In this document: positions 1 to 9,900 of the stretch, piece after piece | Layout: the number at the start of each line of letters is the position of its first letter | Numbering within the stretch: the first letter of the stretch is position 1 | Source of the DNA: Cenarchaeum sp. | Lineage (GTDB): Archaea; Thermoproteota; Nitrososphaeria; Nitrososphaerales; Nitrosopumilaceae | Assembly (NCBI GenBank): GCA_963693095.2 | Contig: OY843768.1 | Location: forward strand, 256,001 to 320,000 | Reading direction: 5' to 3' | Length of the DNA: 64,000 bases | The notes under the pieces: generated by a model | What the model was told of the DNA's origin: nothing | Databases searched by the model: none | Seen by the model: only the letters and a program-made list of their open reading frames with translations | Program-made: the position numbers and the translations under genes

Positions 1-1311
1 GTGGGCACGGAGACGCTCTCACAGGACGACATGAGGCGCGCGCTCTCGCTAGTCGAGGGCATTGCCGGCTCGACGGGTGCGGACATTTCACTGCCCGGCG
101 CGCTAGTCGTGCAGCACGAGACGTACCGCATAGCCGCGACGTTTCCGCCATTTTCTGAGGCCGCCGAGATTACGATCGTGCACCCCACAGTCACGCTCTC
201 GCTGGCCGACTATGAGATGCCTGACGAGTTCAGGGAGCGCCTCGCATCAGGCGCGTCTGGCATACTGATATCAGGCTCGCCGGGCTCGGGCAAGTCGACA
301 CTCGCCTCGGCCCTCGCAAACCACTATGCGGCCTCGGGCAAGACGGTAAAGACGTTCGAGTCCCCGCGCGACTTGCAGGTGGGAAACGCCATCACGCAAT
401 ACTCGCGCCTTGATGGCGACTTTGCAAACTCGGCAGACCTCCTGCTCCTAGTGCGGCCAGACTATACGATATTCGACGAGGTCAGGAGGCGCGAGGACTT
501 TGAGGTGTTTGCCGACCTGCGCCTCGCCGGAGTCGGCATGGTCGGCGTGGTCCACGCAAGCTCGCCCATAGACGCCGTGCAGAGGTTTATCGGCAAGATA
601 GAGCTCGGCATAATCCCGCACGTCCTTGACACCGTCGCCTTTGTAGAGGCCGGCCGCGTGGGCAGCGTCTACTCGCTGAGCATGCGCGTAAAGGTTCCCT
701 CGGGCATGTCCGAGCAGGATCTCGCAAGGCCCGTCATCGAGATCCACGACTTTTCGACTGGCGAGCTTGCGTATGAGATCTATGCGTTTGGCGAGGAGAA
801 CATGATCGTGCCCGTGACCGGCGGCAGCGAGCCGTCCGGAGTCGACCACCTCGCGTGCGAGCGCGTTCGCGATGTCATGCGCAGGTTTGACCACGACCCG
901 CAAGTCGAGATAGTCTCGCCGGGCAGCGTGCGCGTTGCAGTCTCAAAGGAGAACATTGCGCCGATCATCGGGCGCTCAGGCTCAAACATTGGCGCCCTGG
1001 AGCGCGAGCTCCACGTGCACATTGACGTTGTAGAGTCGACTGGCGCACGCCATGCAAGGGGCGGGCGGGGCGGCAATGGGGCATCTGACGTCGATTTTGA
1101 CATCCACGAGTCCAAGGCGTTTCTCGTCCTGGAAGTCGACCGCAGCCACGCCGGCTCGCACGCTGACATCTATGTGGGCGACGATATTGCCGCGACGTCC
1201 AGGGTGGACCACAGGGGCCGCATCCGCCTGCCGCGACACTCTGGCGGGGGACGCGACGTTGCGCGCGGCTTTTCGGAGGGCCGCGTGCGCGTGGACCTCA
1301 AGAGTCCATAA
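1..1311 (+). CDS. PINA-type ATPase (PilT/VirB11-like ATPase with C-terminal KH domain), 5'-truncated by the window edge
   Basis: Walker A GSPGSGKST, 'TFESPRDLQ', 'RPDYTIFDEVR', 'GMVGVVHA' and a KH GxxG loop (IIGRSGSNI). The N-terminal PIN domain would lie upstream of the window. Confidence 0.85.
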   Translation: MGTETLSQDDMRRALSLVEGIAGSTGADISLPGALVVQHETYRIAATFPPFSEAAEITIVHPTVTLSLADYEMPDEFRERLASGASGILISGSPGSGKSTLASALANHYAASGKTVKTFESPRDLQVGNAITQYSRLDGDFANSADLLLLVRPDYTIFDEVRRREDFEVFADLRLAGVGMVGVVHASSPIDAVQRFIGKIELGIIPHVLDTVAFVEAGRVGSVYSLSMRVKVPSGMSEQDLARPVIEIHDFSTGELAYEIYAFGEENMIVPVTGGSEPSGVDHLACERVRDVMRRFDHDPQVEIVSPGSVRVAVSKENIAPIIGRSGSNIGALERELHVHIDVVESTGARHARGGRGGNGASDVDFDIHESKAFLVLEVDRSHAGSHADIYVGDDIAATSRVDHRGRIRLPRHSGGGRDVARGFSEGRVRVDLKSP

Positions 1312-1762
1312 ACTCCTCGATGACCCTGGGGTTGGAGTGTAGATATGTGACGAACTTGCGCAACTGCCTCGTCGTCTTTGGGTTTAGGTGGTGCTCGACG
1401 CCCTCGGCGTCGATGTTTGCCGTGTCACGGTCTATGCCGAGCATCTCAAAGAACTCGACGAGAGTGCCGTGCTTTTGGCGTATGGCCTCGGCGAGCTCGA
1501 GGCCCCGCGGCGTGAGGTCTATGCCGCGGTACTTTTCGTGGCGAAGGAGCCCGTTGTCATCAAGGCGCTGTATCATGCTAGTCACGCTCGGCGCGCTCAC
1601 GTTCATGTAGCGCGAGACGTCGATAGTGGTCGCATACCCCTTGAACTCGACGAGCTCGAGTATGACCTCAAGATAGTCCTCCATTCGCTCCGTCGTGCGC
1701 GGCCGCTTGCCCTTGTGGGCCGACCTTATGGACTCGAGCCTCCTGCTGCGATCCCTGGCCAT
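1298..1762 (-). CDS. DtxR/MntR family metal-dependent transcriptional regulator
   Basis: 'MEDYLEVI...VSAPSVTSMIQRL...H..LVEFF...AEGVEHHL'. Start moved to the ATG at 1762. Confidence 0.9.
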   Translation of the reverse strand: MARDRSRRLESIRSAHKGKRPRTTERMEDYLEVILELVEFKGYATTIDVSRYMNVSAPSVTSMIQRLDDNGLLRHEKYRGIDLTPRGLELAEAIRQKHGTLVEFFEMLGIDRDTANIDAEGVEHHLNPKTTRQLRKFVTYLHSNPRVIEEFMDS

Positions 1763-2043
1763 GGCAGCACCGCCGGTTCGCTGTAATTTAGCGTTTGTGG
1801 GGATGCTGCCATCGCCGCCTTGCGCAAAAGTGTGCGGGGCGGCAATGCCTGCGGGGCGCAGATCGGGGCGTCCTGGGCAGGCCAGGGAATGCCCAAACCG
1901 CGCATGCCGTGGACTGGGCCTGGACTCGTGGGCCCTGTACGGCGCACGCATGTGCCCGCACCGCACATGTCACCAACATTTGACCCATGTGTAATGCCAT
2001 CCGATCATCCCGCCTTAATTACGCGGGGCATGACTGGTATACA

Positions 2044-2391
2044 GTGCACAATGATCCCCTAAAGGCGAGGCTGGAGCGCATCCGCGCGTGCGCCTCGTCT
2101 GCCAGGCGCAGGGCAGGCCTCTATGCCGAGGTCGCAGGCATGGGTGATGGAGGCACGGCCGCGTCCCTCGGGGCGCTCCAGAGGGCGCCGGCTCCGGGCA
2201 AAAAGCTCCAAAAGGCCGGATTTATCATGCTCTGGATACCCGAGCCGACCGGAGTCACGCTGGCCGTGGGCGCGCCCATGATCCTGGCGGGCCGCTACCT
2301 GGACACAAAGTACAACGGTGCGACCATATCGGACATTGGACATGGAGTAAAGTCAGTCTCTGGCACCCTGGGCGAGTTCGGCACGCTCTAG
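2044..2391 (+). CDS. Hypothetical small membrane-associated protein
   Basis: Hydrophobic 'GFIMLWIPEPTGVTLAVGAPMILAG' segment; AT-rich TATA-like element near 2013-2021. Start is uncertain. Confidence 0.55.
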   Translation: MHNDPLKARLERIRACASSARRRAGLYAEVAGMGDGGTAASLGALQRAPAPGKKLQKAGFIMLWIPEPTGVTLAVGAPMILAGRYLDTKYNGATISDIGHGVKSVSGTLGEFGTL

Positions 2392-2405
2392 GGCCCCTGT
2401 GGGCT

Positions 2406-3710
2406 CAGTAGTTGGTCATGTACCCAAAACCGCCCAAAACGGCCCCGGAACCGCCCGAAATGCAAACAGATCAATTGGGGGGCGGCCCCAGGCGGCCCGC
2501 TTGATTCGAATAAGGGGCCGCCTGAGGCGCCGCGGGATCGCAAACCCCCGGATATATGGGGCTATCTACGGGGCGTTCTGCGCGATGTGCCGCGTGCCCG
2601 TGTCCGCGCGGCACAACGCGCTGTACGGCGCCGCGGACTTTCACCGCTGCATGCTGGGGGCGTGCCTCCTCGCCCGGTCGGTCTCGTCGGCGGCGGCCGT
2701 GTCGGCGCTGTCGGCGCACGGCAGGATCCCCGGCGCCCTGTGGGTGAGGCGCGCGATCCACCGCATGGACGCCACGGAGATGGAGGAGGACTTTGACAGG
2801 ATGGTTTACGGCCTCCTGTCGGCGACGGTGACGGGGAGCCTCGCCAGGCGCGGCATCGTCGTGGCGATCGACAAGCACAACATCCCGCGCTACGACAGCG
2901 GCGACCGATCGCACCTGTCGCGCGGGCGCTTCAAGAGGGGCACGACGTGGGCCGAGACGTACATGTCCGCGCAGGTCGTCATCAGGGGCGTGCGCTTCCA
3001 GCTCGCCGCGGTCCCCATGCGCCTCGGCGACAGGAACGCCGAGTGCGTGCGCCGCATAATGGAAACCGTGCTCTCGCACGGCGTGCGCGTGCGGCTGGTC
3101 CTGATGGACCGCGAGTTCTTCAGCGCCGACGTCCTCGAGACGCTCGACTCGATGGGTGTGATGTACCTCGTCCCGTGCCCGAACAGGCCCGGCGTCACGG
3201 CCTCGCTGCGCGACTACGCGGCCGGAAGGATCGGCGACGTGTCGGAGACGGTGGTGACGCGCACGGACGGCACGACCGTCCCGTACACGATTGTCATCAA
3301 GCGGAGGCTCAAGAGGGAGAGGGAGCCTGGAATGCGGGACTCAAGATCCCCGGAGGCCAGGTACATAGCGTTCGCCACCAACGTCCCCGGCGGGTGCGAC
3401 CCCGACGAGGAGTACCCGAGGAGGTGGGGGATCGAGAGCGGCTACGCGAGCCTGGAGGGCGTGCGGGTTCGCACGAGCAGCCGCGACCAGAAGTACCGCC
3501 TGTTCTGCTTCATGTACACCATGATGGCCTACAACGCGTGGGTCCTCGCAAAGTGGGAGCTCGCCGCCGGCCAGCGGCTGGGGCGCGGGGCGGGGAGGGG
3601 GCCGACCCTGGTGGAGTTCATGGCCTGGATCGGCGGGGGCGGCTCGTGCGTGCGCCCCCGGAAGCCGCCCCCATGGCTGACCGTGAGGGCCGGTACATGA
3701 TCATGTACTG
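2406..3710 (+). mobile_element. Complete ISH3-like (IS4 superfamily) insertion sequence
   Basis: 19-bp imperfect TIRs (CAGTAGTTGGTCATGTACC at 2406-2424; reverse complement CAGTACATGATCATGTACC ending 3710, 16/19 match). 5-bp TSD GGGCT at 2401-2405 and 3711-3715. Confidence 0.9.
2585..3700 (+). CDS. DDE transposase, ISH3/IS4-like
   Basis: 'VAIDKH...LMDREFFS...Y.RRWGIESGY' DDE signature. The true start is uncertain. Confidence 0.85.
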   Translation: MCRVPVSARHNALYGAADFHRCMLGACLLARSVSSAAAVSALSAHGRIPGALWVRRAIHRMDATEMEEDFDRMVYGLLSATVTGSLARRGIVVAIDKHNIPRYDSGDRSHLSRGRFKRGTTWAETYMSAQVVIRGVRFQLAAVPMRLGDRNAECVRRIMETVLSHGVRVRLVLMDREFFSADVLETLDSMGVMYLVPCPNRPGVTASLRDYAAGRIGDVSETVVTRTDGTTVPYTIVIKRRLKREREPGMRDSRSPEARYIAFATNVPGGCDPDEEYPRRWGIESGYASLEGVRVRTSSRDQKYRLFCFMYTMMAYNAWVLAKWELAAGQRLGRGAGRGPTLVEFMAWIGGGGSCVRPRKPPPWLTVRAGT

Positions 3711-3755
3711 GGGCTCGCTAATGGTTTAAAGCAGACGCCTGGGCCTGCCCTGCGC

Positions 3756-4247
3756 ATGGCGAGCAGGGCACAGGTTCTCATCCCGGTGACGATTGCCGCC
3801 GTGATAATAGGCGCGGCCGGAATCCTCACCATACCGGCAGACCACAAGCTAGAGTCAACAGAGTTTCCGCGCGGGACGGTTCGCATCGACGGGGAGCTCT
3901 TTGGCGTCCAGGTTGCTGACACACCCCCGCTGCGCACGCGGGGCCTCATGTTCCAGGATCCGCTGCCGCTCGATGAGGGAATGTTCTTCATATTTGAGAT
4001 GCCGGCCCGCCACTCGCTCTGGATGATGAACATGCAGTTTGGCATTGACATGATGTGGTTTGACGCTGACGGCGTCCTCGTCCACGTCGAGCTCGACGTG
4101 CCCCCGTGCCAGAGCGCCCTAGAGGCCGCAACGTGCGCCTCGCGGGCACCGCCAGTCGACACCGTCTATATCCTCGAGGCCACTGCGGGATTTGCCGAGG
4201 CGCACGGCATAGGCGTCGGCTCTGTCCTCGAGATCGTCTCAGTCTAG
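3756..4247 (+). CDS. DUF192 family exported protein
   Basis: N-terminal TM/signal; 'VADT...RTRGLMFQ..L..DEGMFFIF...WMMNMQFGIDMMW...YILEATAG'. Confidence 0.85.
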   Translation: MASRAQVLIPVTIAAVIIGAAGILTIPADHKLESTEFPRGTVRIDGELFGVQVADTPPLRTRGLMFQDPLPLDEGMFFIFEMPARHSLWMMNMQFGIDMMWFDADGVLVHVELDVPPCQSALEAATCASRAPPVDTVYILEATAGFAEAHGIGVGSVLEIVSV

Positions 4248-4482
4248 GGCTTTGGCGTGCCGGACACGCAGGCGCCCTTTGTGGGCGCGGACTGGCCCAA
4301 TATCGTTGAAATTATCGCATATTATGCTCTAATTTTCTATATTATTTACGTAAAATTGGCTCAAATACCGCACCCGTCCGTTCACAAACTCTAGATTCTT
4401 GTAAATGGCTATTCGTGAAACGCAACCGTGAACAAAATATATTGATCTATCCTTATATACTTTCAATTCCCTTACATAACTA

Positions 4483-4722
4483 ATGACGTGCAAAGGGATC
4501 TGCGTGAGGTACAAGGCGCAAAAGCCAGTCGGTAGCGGACGCTACGCGACGGGCCAGCGTCGGTGCCAGATATGCGAGATCTTCATAAAGTGGGCCGGAC
4601 TCTGGTGCCCCTGCTGTGGCTATAGGCTTCGCACAAAACCGCGAAACCTAAAGTACAAGGCAAAGCTGCGAGCGCGCGTCCAGGCCGACTCGGGTGCTGA
4701 CGCAGTCGAGGTAAAGGCATAG
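4483..4722 (+). CDS. Conserved small Cys-rich (zinc-finger) basic protein
   Basis: CKGIC...CQIC...CPCC motifs; TATA-like CCTTATATA about 25 nt upstream (leaderless). Resembles a family typical of Nitrososphaerota. Confidence 0.75.
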   Translation: MTCKGICVRYKAQKPVGSGRYATGQRRCQICEIFIKWAGLWCPCCGYRLRTKPRNLKYKAKLRARVQADSGADAVEVKA

Positions 4723-4739
4723 GCGCGTGGTGCTGCGCG

Positions 4740-5075
4740 TTGAACGCGGGGCAGCCATATGCAGAGTCCACAGTAGAGGCCGCAGGCCGCAAGTTTTCCA
4801 TCCGCGTGCTCGCCTTTGAGAATGGCGCGTTCGTCTCGGTTCACGAGGGAGGTGCGGCGCGAATGGGTCCAATGACAGTATCGATGCACGTCTCGCAGGT
4901 TCCGGTGACGACGCCGGTGATACCTGCGCAGACAGAGTCGCTCTTTCTAAAGATGGCCGCCGAGATGGTCGCAAGCCGCACGCGCGGCATTGCGGCAGTC
5001 ACCGTCTCGGCCAGCTCGGGCATGTCAGCAGAGGCGACGCGCGCGATAATGAAGGGCATAATGGAGATGGTCTAG
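4740..5075 (+). CDS. Hypothetical protein (possible proteasome assembly chaperone PAC4-like)
   Basis: 'FENGAFVSVHEG..RMGPMTVSM' pattern; abuts the UbiD gene. Confidence 0.5.
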   Translation: MNAGQPYAESTVEAAGRKFSIRVLAFENGAFVSVHEGGAARMGPMTVSMHVSQVPVTTPVIPAQTESLFLKMAAEMVASRTRGIAAVTVSASSGMSAEATRAIMKGIMEMV

Positions 5076-6386
5076 GTGCCAGACCTGCGCACGTACATCG
5101 CCGATGTTCGCCGCGCCGGCTCGCTAAAGAGGTTCACAAGGCCAGTCTCGGCACGCCACGAGATCGCCGCCGAGACTGCGCGCCTCGAGGGCTCGGACGC
5201 TGCGCTATTTGAAAAGGTTCGCGGGAGCCGCCTGCGCGTCGTCTCAAACCTAGTCGGGACGCGCGCTCGCTTTGCCATGGCCATAGGCGCGCGCGAGCCG
5301 GCGATCCACCGCAGGATATTCTCAGTCTCGGGGCGCACGCGCGCCCCGCGCGAGTCGGCGCGGGTCCCGCCGTTTGCCAAAAACTCCACTCGCACGCTAG
5401 CAGCCCTGCCCGTTGTGACGCACTTTGCCAAGGAGCCCGGCGCCTTTATGACGGCATCTGTCGTCCATGCCGAGAACCCCGAGACGCGCGCGCAGAACAT
5501 GTCGTTTCACCGGATCATGCCCTTCTCTGCCCGCCGCGCCTCGATCCGCATGGTCGAGGGCCGCCACCTCCACCGCTGCTTTGTGGACGCAAAGGATCAC
5601 GGCGAGGACCTGCGAGTCTCTGTGAGCATAGGCGTCCATCCGGCGGTCCTCGTCGCCGGCGCATACCAGGCAGAATGGGGCTGGGCCGAGCTTGCGATGG
5701 CCAATGCCATGATGGGCGGGAGCCTCGAGGTGTCACGGTGCGCATACTCGCGCATGATGGTCCCGTCACACTCGGAGATTGTCATTGACGGGCGCATACT
5801 GCAGGACGTCACGCGAGAGGAGTGGATGGTCGAGATGCTGCGCACGTATGACCACAAGAGGCGCCAGCCGGTGCTCGAGGTTGACCGGATATACCACCGC
5901 GACGGCGCGATATTCCACGACATACTGTCCGGATTCGGCGAGCACCGGCTGCTCATGGGAATGCCCGCAGAGTCAAAGGTTGACGGGCATCTGCGCAAGG
6001 CGTTCCCGTCGACGGTTCGCGCAGTGTCGCTGACTGGCGGCGGATGCAACTGGCTTCATGCCGCAGTCGCGATCAAAAAGACGCGCGCAACGCGCGTGCG
6101 CAGGATAATTGACGCGACGTTTGGCGCGCACAGGTCATTAAAGCAGGTGACAGTCGTTGATGATGACATTGATGTCAACTCGGCCGAGTCGATCGAGTAC
6201 GCGATGGCCACAAGGTTCCAGGCCGACAGGGGACTGCACGTGACGCGCAACGTTCGCGGCTCGAGCCTCGATCCGTCAAGCGACCAAAAGAGGCTCCGGA
6301 CATCAAAGCTCGGAATTGACGCCACGCGCCCGCTCTCAAAGAGGCCAGAGGGCTTTGAGATCGCAAAGATTCCCGGCTATGGCTAG
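5076..6386 (+). CDS. UbiD family (prFMN-dependent) decarboxylase
   Basis: 'VVSNLVGTR', 'NMSFHRI', 'SEIVIDG', 'VVDDDIDV...YAMATRFQADR...SSLDPS...KLGIDAT'. Confidence 0.9.
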   Translation: MPDLRTYIADVRRAGSLKRFTRPVSARHEIAAETARLEGSDAALFEKVRGSRLRVVSNLVGTRARFAMAIGAREPAIHRRIFSVSGRTRAPRESARVPPFAKNSTRTLAALPVVTHFAKEPGAFMTASVVHAENPETRAQNMSFHRIMPFSARRASIRMVEGRHLHRCFVDAKDHGEDLRVSVSIGVHPAVLVAGAYQAEWGWAELAMANAMMGGSLEVSRCAYSRMMVPSHSEIVIDGRILQDVTREEWMVEMLRTYDHKRRQPVLEVDRIYHRDGAIFHDILSGFGEHRLLMGMPAESKVDGHLRKAFPSTVRAVSLTGGGCNWLHAAVAIKKTRATRVRRIIDATFGAHRSLKQVTVVDDDIDVNSAESIEYAMATRFQADRGLHVTRNVRGSSLDPSSDQKRLRTSKLGIDATRPLSKRPEGFEIAKIPGYG

Positions 6387-6490
6387 TCGAGTCCGGTCTT
6401 TTTTCTATAGCACTTTGTGCAGAGGCGCCCTGCGCAGATTATCTCGCCTCCGGACAGGTCTGTCCCGCACGCCGAGCACTCTATCTTCAT
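6383..6490 (-). CDS. Putative 35-aa zinc-finger microprotein
   Basis: MKIECSACG...LCTKCY (2x CxxC); ATGA overlap with the stop of the upstream DUF3892-like gene. Confidence 0.5.
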   Translation of the reverse strand: MKIECSACGTDLSGGEIICAGRLCTKCYRKKTGLD

Positions 6491-6792
6491 TTCAGCTCTG
6501 GGAGCATGCTGAGCAGGTCGTACTCTACCTTGTTTTCGTCGGTCCGTATGGACGTGCCCGAGCCGACCCTGTGGAACCTTATCGTGTCGCCTAGCCTCCA
6601 CTTGGAGCTTGCGTCAAAGACTGTGGAATAGCGCACGCCCTTTTTGATGTTGGATGCCAGCGTGCTGCGGTCGATTATAGTGCCCTCGCCGAGCTCCCCG
6701 CCGGTGTCCTCGTGCTGCATGACGCGCTCGATCTTGCGCCCTGCGCCGTACTCTACTGCTGAGACGAGATAGTCGGCCCACTTTTCGCCCAT
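6487..6792 (-). CDS. DUF3892-like small protein
   Basis: 'WADYLVSAVEY...IRTDENKVEYDLLSMLPE' resembles the DUF3892 C-terminus (RTD.N....DNL..LP). Confidence 0.65.
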   Translation of the reverse strand: MGEKWADYLVSAVEYGAGRKIERVMQHEDTGGELGEGTIIDRSTLASNIKKGVRYSTVFDASSKWRLGDTIRFHRVGSGTSIRTDENKVEYDLLSMLPELK

Positions 6793-6954
6793 CAGGGTCG
6801 CCTCGCCGGAGGGCAGAATATAAACCAAAAAATGGCCCGTGGCGGGCCTGCCCCGCGCGCGCTAGGCGTGGATCCGGGGACAGACGGGCATATGGTAAGC
6901 TGCCTTTTAGCTTGATATGCCACAAGTTTACACACTCTTTATAATTACCAAAAC

Positions 6955-9900
6955 GTGGAATGCGATGCGTTGGCAAGTCCATGGATTGCCCTGATGGCCG
7001 TGCTTGCGGCACTGGCCGCCGTCGCGCTTGTGGCGCCGGCTGAGGCCGCCGTATCCACGCTTGTCGCCGATGAGACCTCGTATGCGGCCGGCACGTCGAT
7101 GACACTGAGCGGCAAGAACAGCGGTGGAACAGGACAGCTAGTGAGCCTGACGATCGAGCCTCCCACCGGGCCTGATGTGCATTGCGCTGGCTTGGTTGAC
7201 TACTGTAAATCTGATGTCACGGACAGGGACGGTAATTATGAATTCGCCGGGATTTCTGTGGATGACGCGTTTGGCGCTGACGGGACGTACAAGCTTTATG
7301 CGTATGCGGGATCGCTAAACAAGGACACCGCGCAGATCCTGCTCGTCAGCAAGTCTGATGGCACGGTTACCGTAATTGGGGGCGAGCTTGAGATAAGGGA
7401 CATCTCGCGCCGATCTGCGCGTGCGCTATCCGAGCTGACGTTTACCGCAAACGTTGAGGGATCTAGCGATGGAGTCACATTCTCGCTAAAGTCTCCGGTT
7501 CCGGATGGTGCGCGTATAGCCAGTGATGGGGAATTTACATGGACACCAATCCCGTCTGATGTTTCCACCCGTTTATACGATGTCACCATAGTCGCAACAG
7601 GCCGTGGACAGACTGCAGAAAAGACCGTCGAGATTATGGTGAGTGCGCGCCAGGCCACATCCGGAACAGGCGTCACGTCTGTGACTACCGACCAGACTAC
7701 ATACTCTAGGACCGAGTCGATCGTATTTTCGGGTACGACTGAAGGAGGATCGACTGGCGATAGGGTAAAGCTTCGCATAGACTACCCCACAGCATCTGAT
7801 GCTGCAGGTGAGATTGCAGATCAGATCACTGCCAATACACTCGCCAACGGAAATTTCGTGATGGACGCGTTGAGCGTGAGCTCCACGTTTGGCTCAATAA
7901 CCGGTGAATACATTGTAAGTGCATACACAGACGAGCAAAGGCTCACAAACGCGCACGTATCGTACATCACATACAGCAACAACAGGGTCGAGTTTACCGG
8001 CTCACGCTTTGCGCTGGAGGACATACCGCGACAGGAGACCATTGTCGGATCGCGCGTTGCCTTTCTCGCAGAGCCCTCTGATGCCTCGTTCCAAAACGTT
8101 GACTATAACCTGCCAACAAAGCCATCAGGCGCCAGAATCGACGACGACGGCGTGTTCACGTGGACTCCGCGCGCATCTGATGCGGGAAGCGGCACCTCTG
8201 CCAAGGAGCACCCCGTAACGATCAGCGCCGAGGTGGGCTCGGGGGACAGCCGACAGACCGCGACAAAGGACGTCATCATAGCCGTCAAGGCCGCTCCGGC
8301 CAACGCGCCTGCGCCAACTGCGCAGGGCGGGGGGAGCCAAGAGCCTGCAACGCCGCCGTCGGGAACGAGCCCGGACACAGAGTCGCGCGTGCTGACCTTC
8401 AAGACTGATGCCGTCTCGTATGACAAGGACGACAGGATCATATTCAGCGGAACCACAGAGGGTGTTGCTGTCAGAGAGCCCGTGTCTATCGTGATAAAAC
8501 CGCCAACTGGAAAAGACAAGATTCGCACTGGGCTAGCCACGGCGGATAACACGTTCACAACCTTAGGAATAGACGTCAGCGACGCATTCAAGCGGACAGG
8601 CGTGTACACCATACAGGCGTTCACACCAGACCAAAGTGCCTCCAACGCCGTCACTCTGCAGATGGAGTACAAGAACGACCGTGTTAGCGTCAAGTTTGAG
8701 AGCCCACTGGTGATCGCCTCCATACCCAACCAGTCCGTAGAGGTCGGCTCAAGGCTCACGTTCACGGCGGCTCCGACAGAATCGTCGTATACCGGCCTCA
8801 CATGGTCCCTTGGGGGCATACCGCTAGACGGCGCGACGATCAGCGACCGTGGGGTCTTTGAGTGGACTCCGCAAACGCTGCGCAACGCGCAGGGTGAGTC
8901 ATTCCAGATCATGGTAAAGGCAACAGACGGGCAACAGTCCACCGGCACGACTGTCATGATTGCCGTGACGCCAAAGGCTGCGGCGCCCGAGCCGACCCCG
9001 CCGACCACTGCGCCAACGCCTGCCCCTACACCGACGCCAACGCCGACTGCTCCAGAGCCTGCACCAACTGCGCCTGCGCCAGCACCGGCACCTGACCCGC
9101 TTGCGGCAAAGCGCACACAGTTCCTCACCACGGTTCAGGGAGCCACGCCACAGTCGCTCATAGACCGCTACGAGAACGATGCGGGATACAAGACATGGTA
9201 TGACGATAACTTTGCAGGCCTTGACATCCGCGAGGCTCTGGGAGTCACGCTGGCCACGCCGCCACCTGCGCCCGCAGGCCCTGATCCCAGATTCGTCTCC
9301 TCCATGACGCAGGGCGACGACCCTCAGGTGTACGTCGACCGGTACAACTCGGAGCCCGCGTACAAGGCGTGGTTTGACTCGGCGTTCCCCGACCTCACGA
9401 TCCAGCAGGCAGCCGGCCTGGCCACGGCGGCGCCTACCCCGGCAGCGCCTGCCGCCCCGGCCCCGCTTCCGGATCCCGATCCCGACCCGCGGTTCGTCTC
9501 CTCCATGACGCAGGGCGACGACCCTCAGGTGTACGTCGACCGGTACAACTCGGAGCCCGCGTACAAGGCGTGGTTTGACTCGGCGTTCCCAGACCTCACG
9601 ATCCAGCAGGCAGCCGGCCTTGCCACGGCCGCGCCGGCACCTGCGGCACCAGCCGCGCCCGCTGCCCCCGCCGCCCCAGCCCCGCTGCCAGACCCTGATC
9701 CGGATCCGCGCTTTGTCTCCTCCATGACGCAGGGCGACGACCCTCAGGTGTACGTCGACCGGTACAACTCGGAGCCCGCGTACAAGGCGTGGTTTGACTC
9801 GGCGTTCCCGGACCTCACGATCCAGCAGGCAGCCGGCCTGGCCACGGCCGCGCCGACACCTGCGGCACCGGCTGAACCCGCTGTGCCTGCGGCCCCCGCC

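Noticed and set aside
4295-4482. Replication origin
   Set aside because: No recognisable ORB (TTCCA..GGAA plus G-string) and no adjacent cdc6/orc1.
8103-9131. Long antisense and alternate-frame ORFs (this one, 20686-21945, 40279-41943, 53932-55392 and others)
   Set aside because: These are shadow ORFs expected in high-GC DNA opposite well-supported genes.
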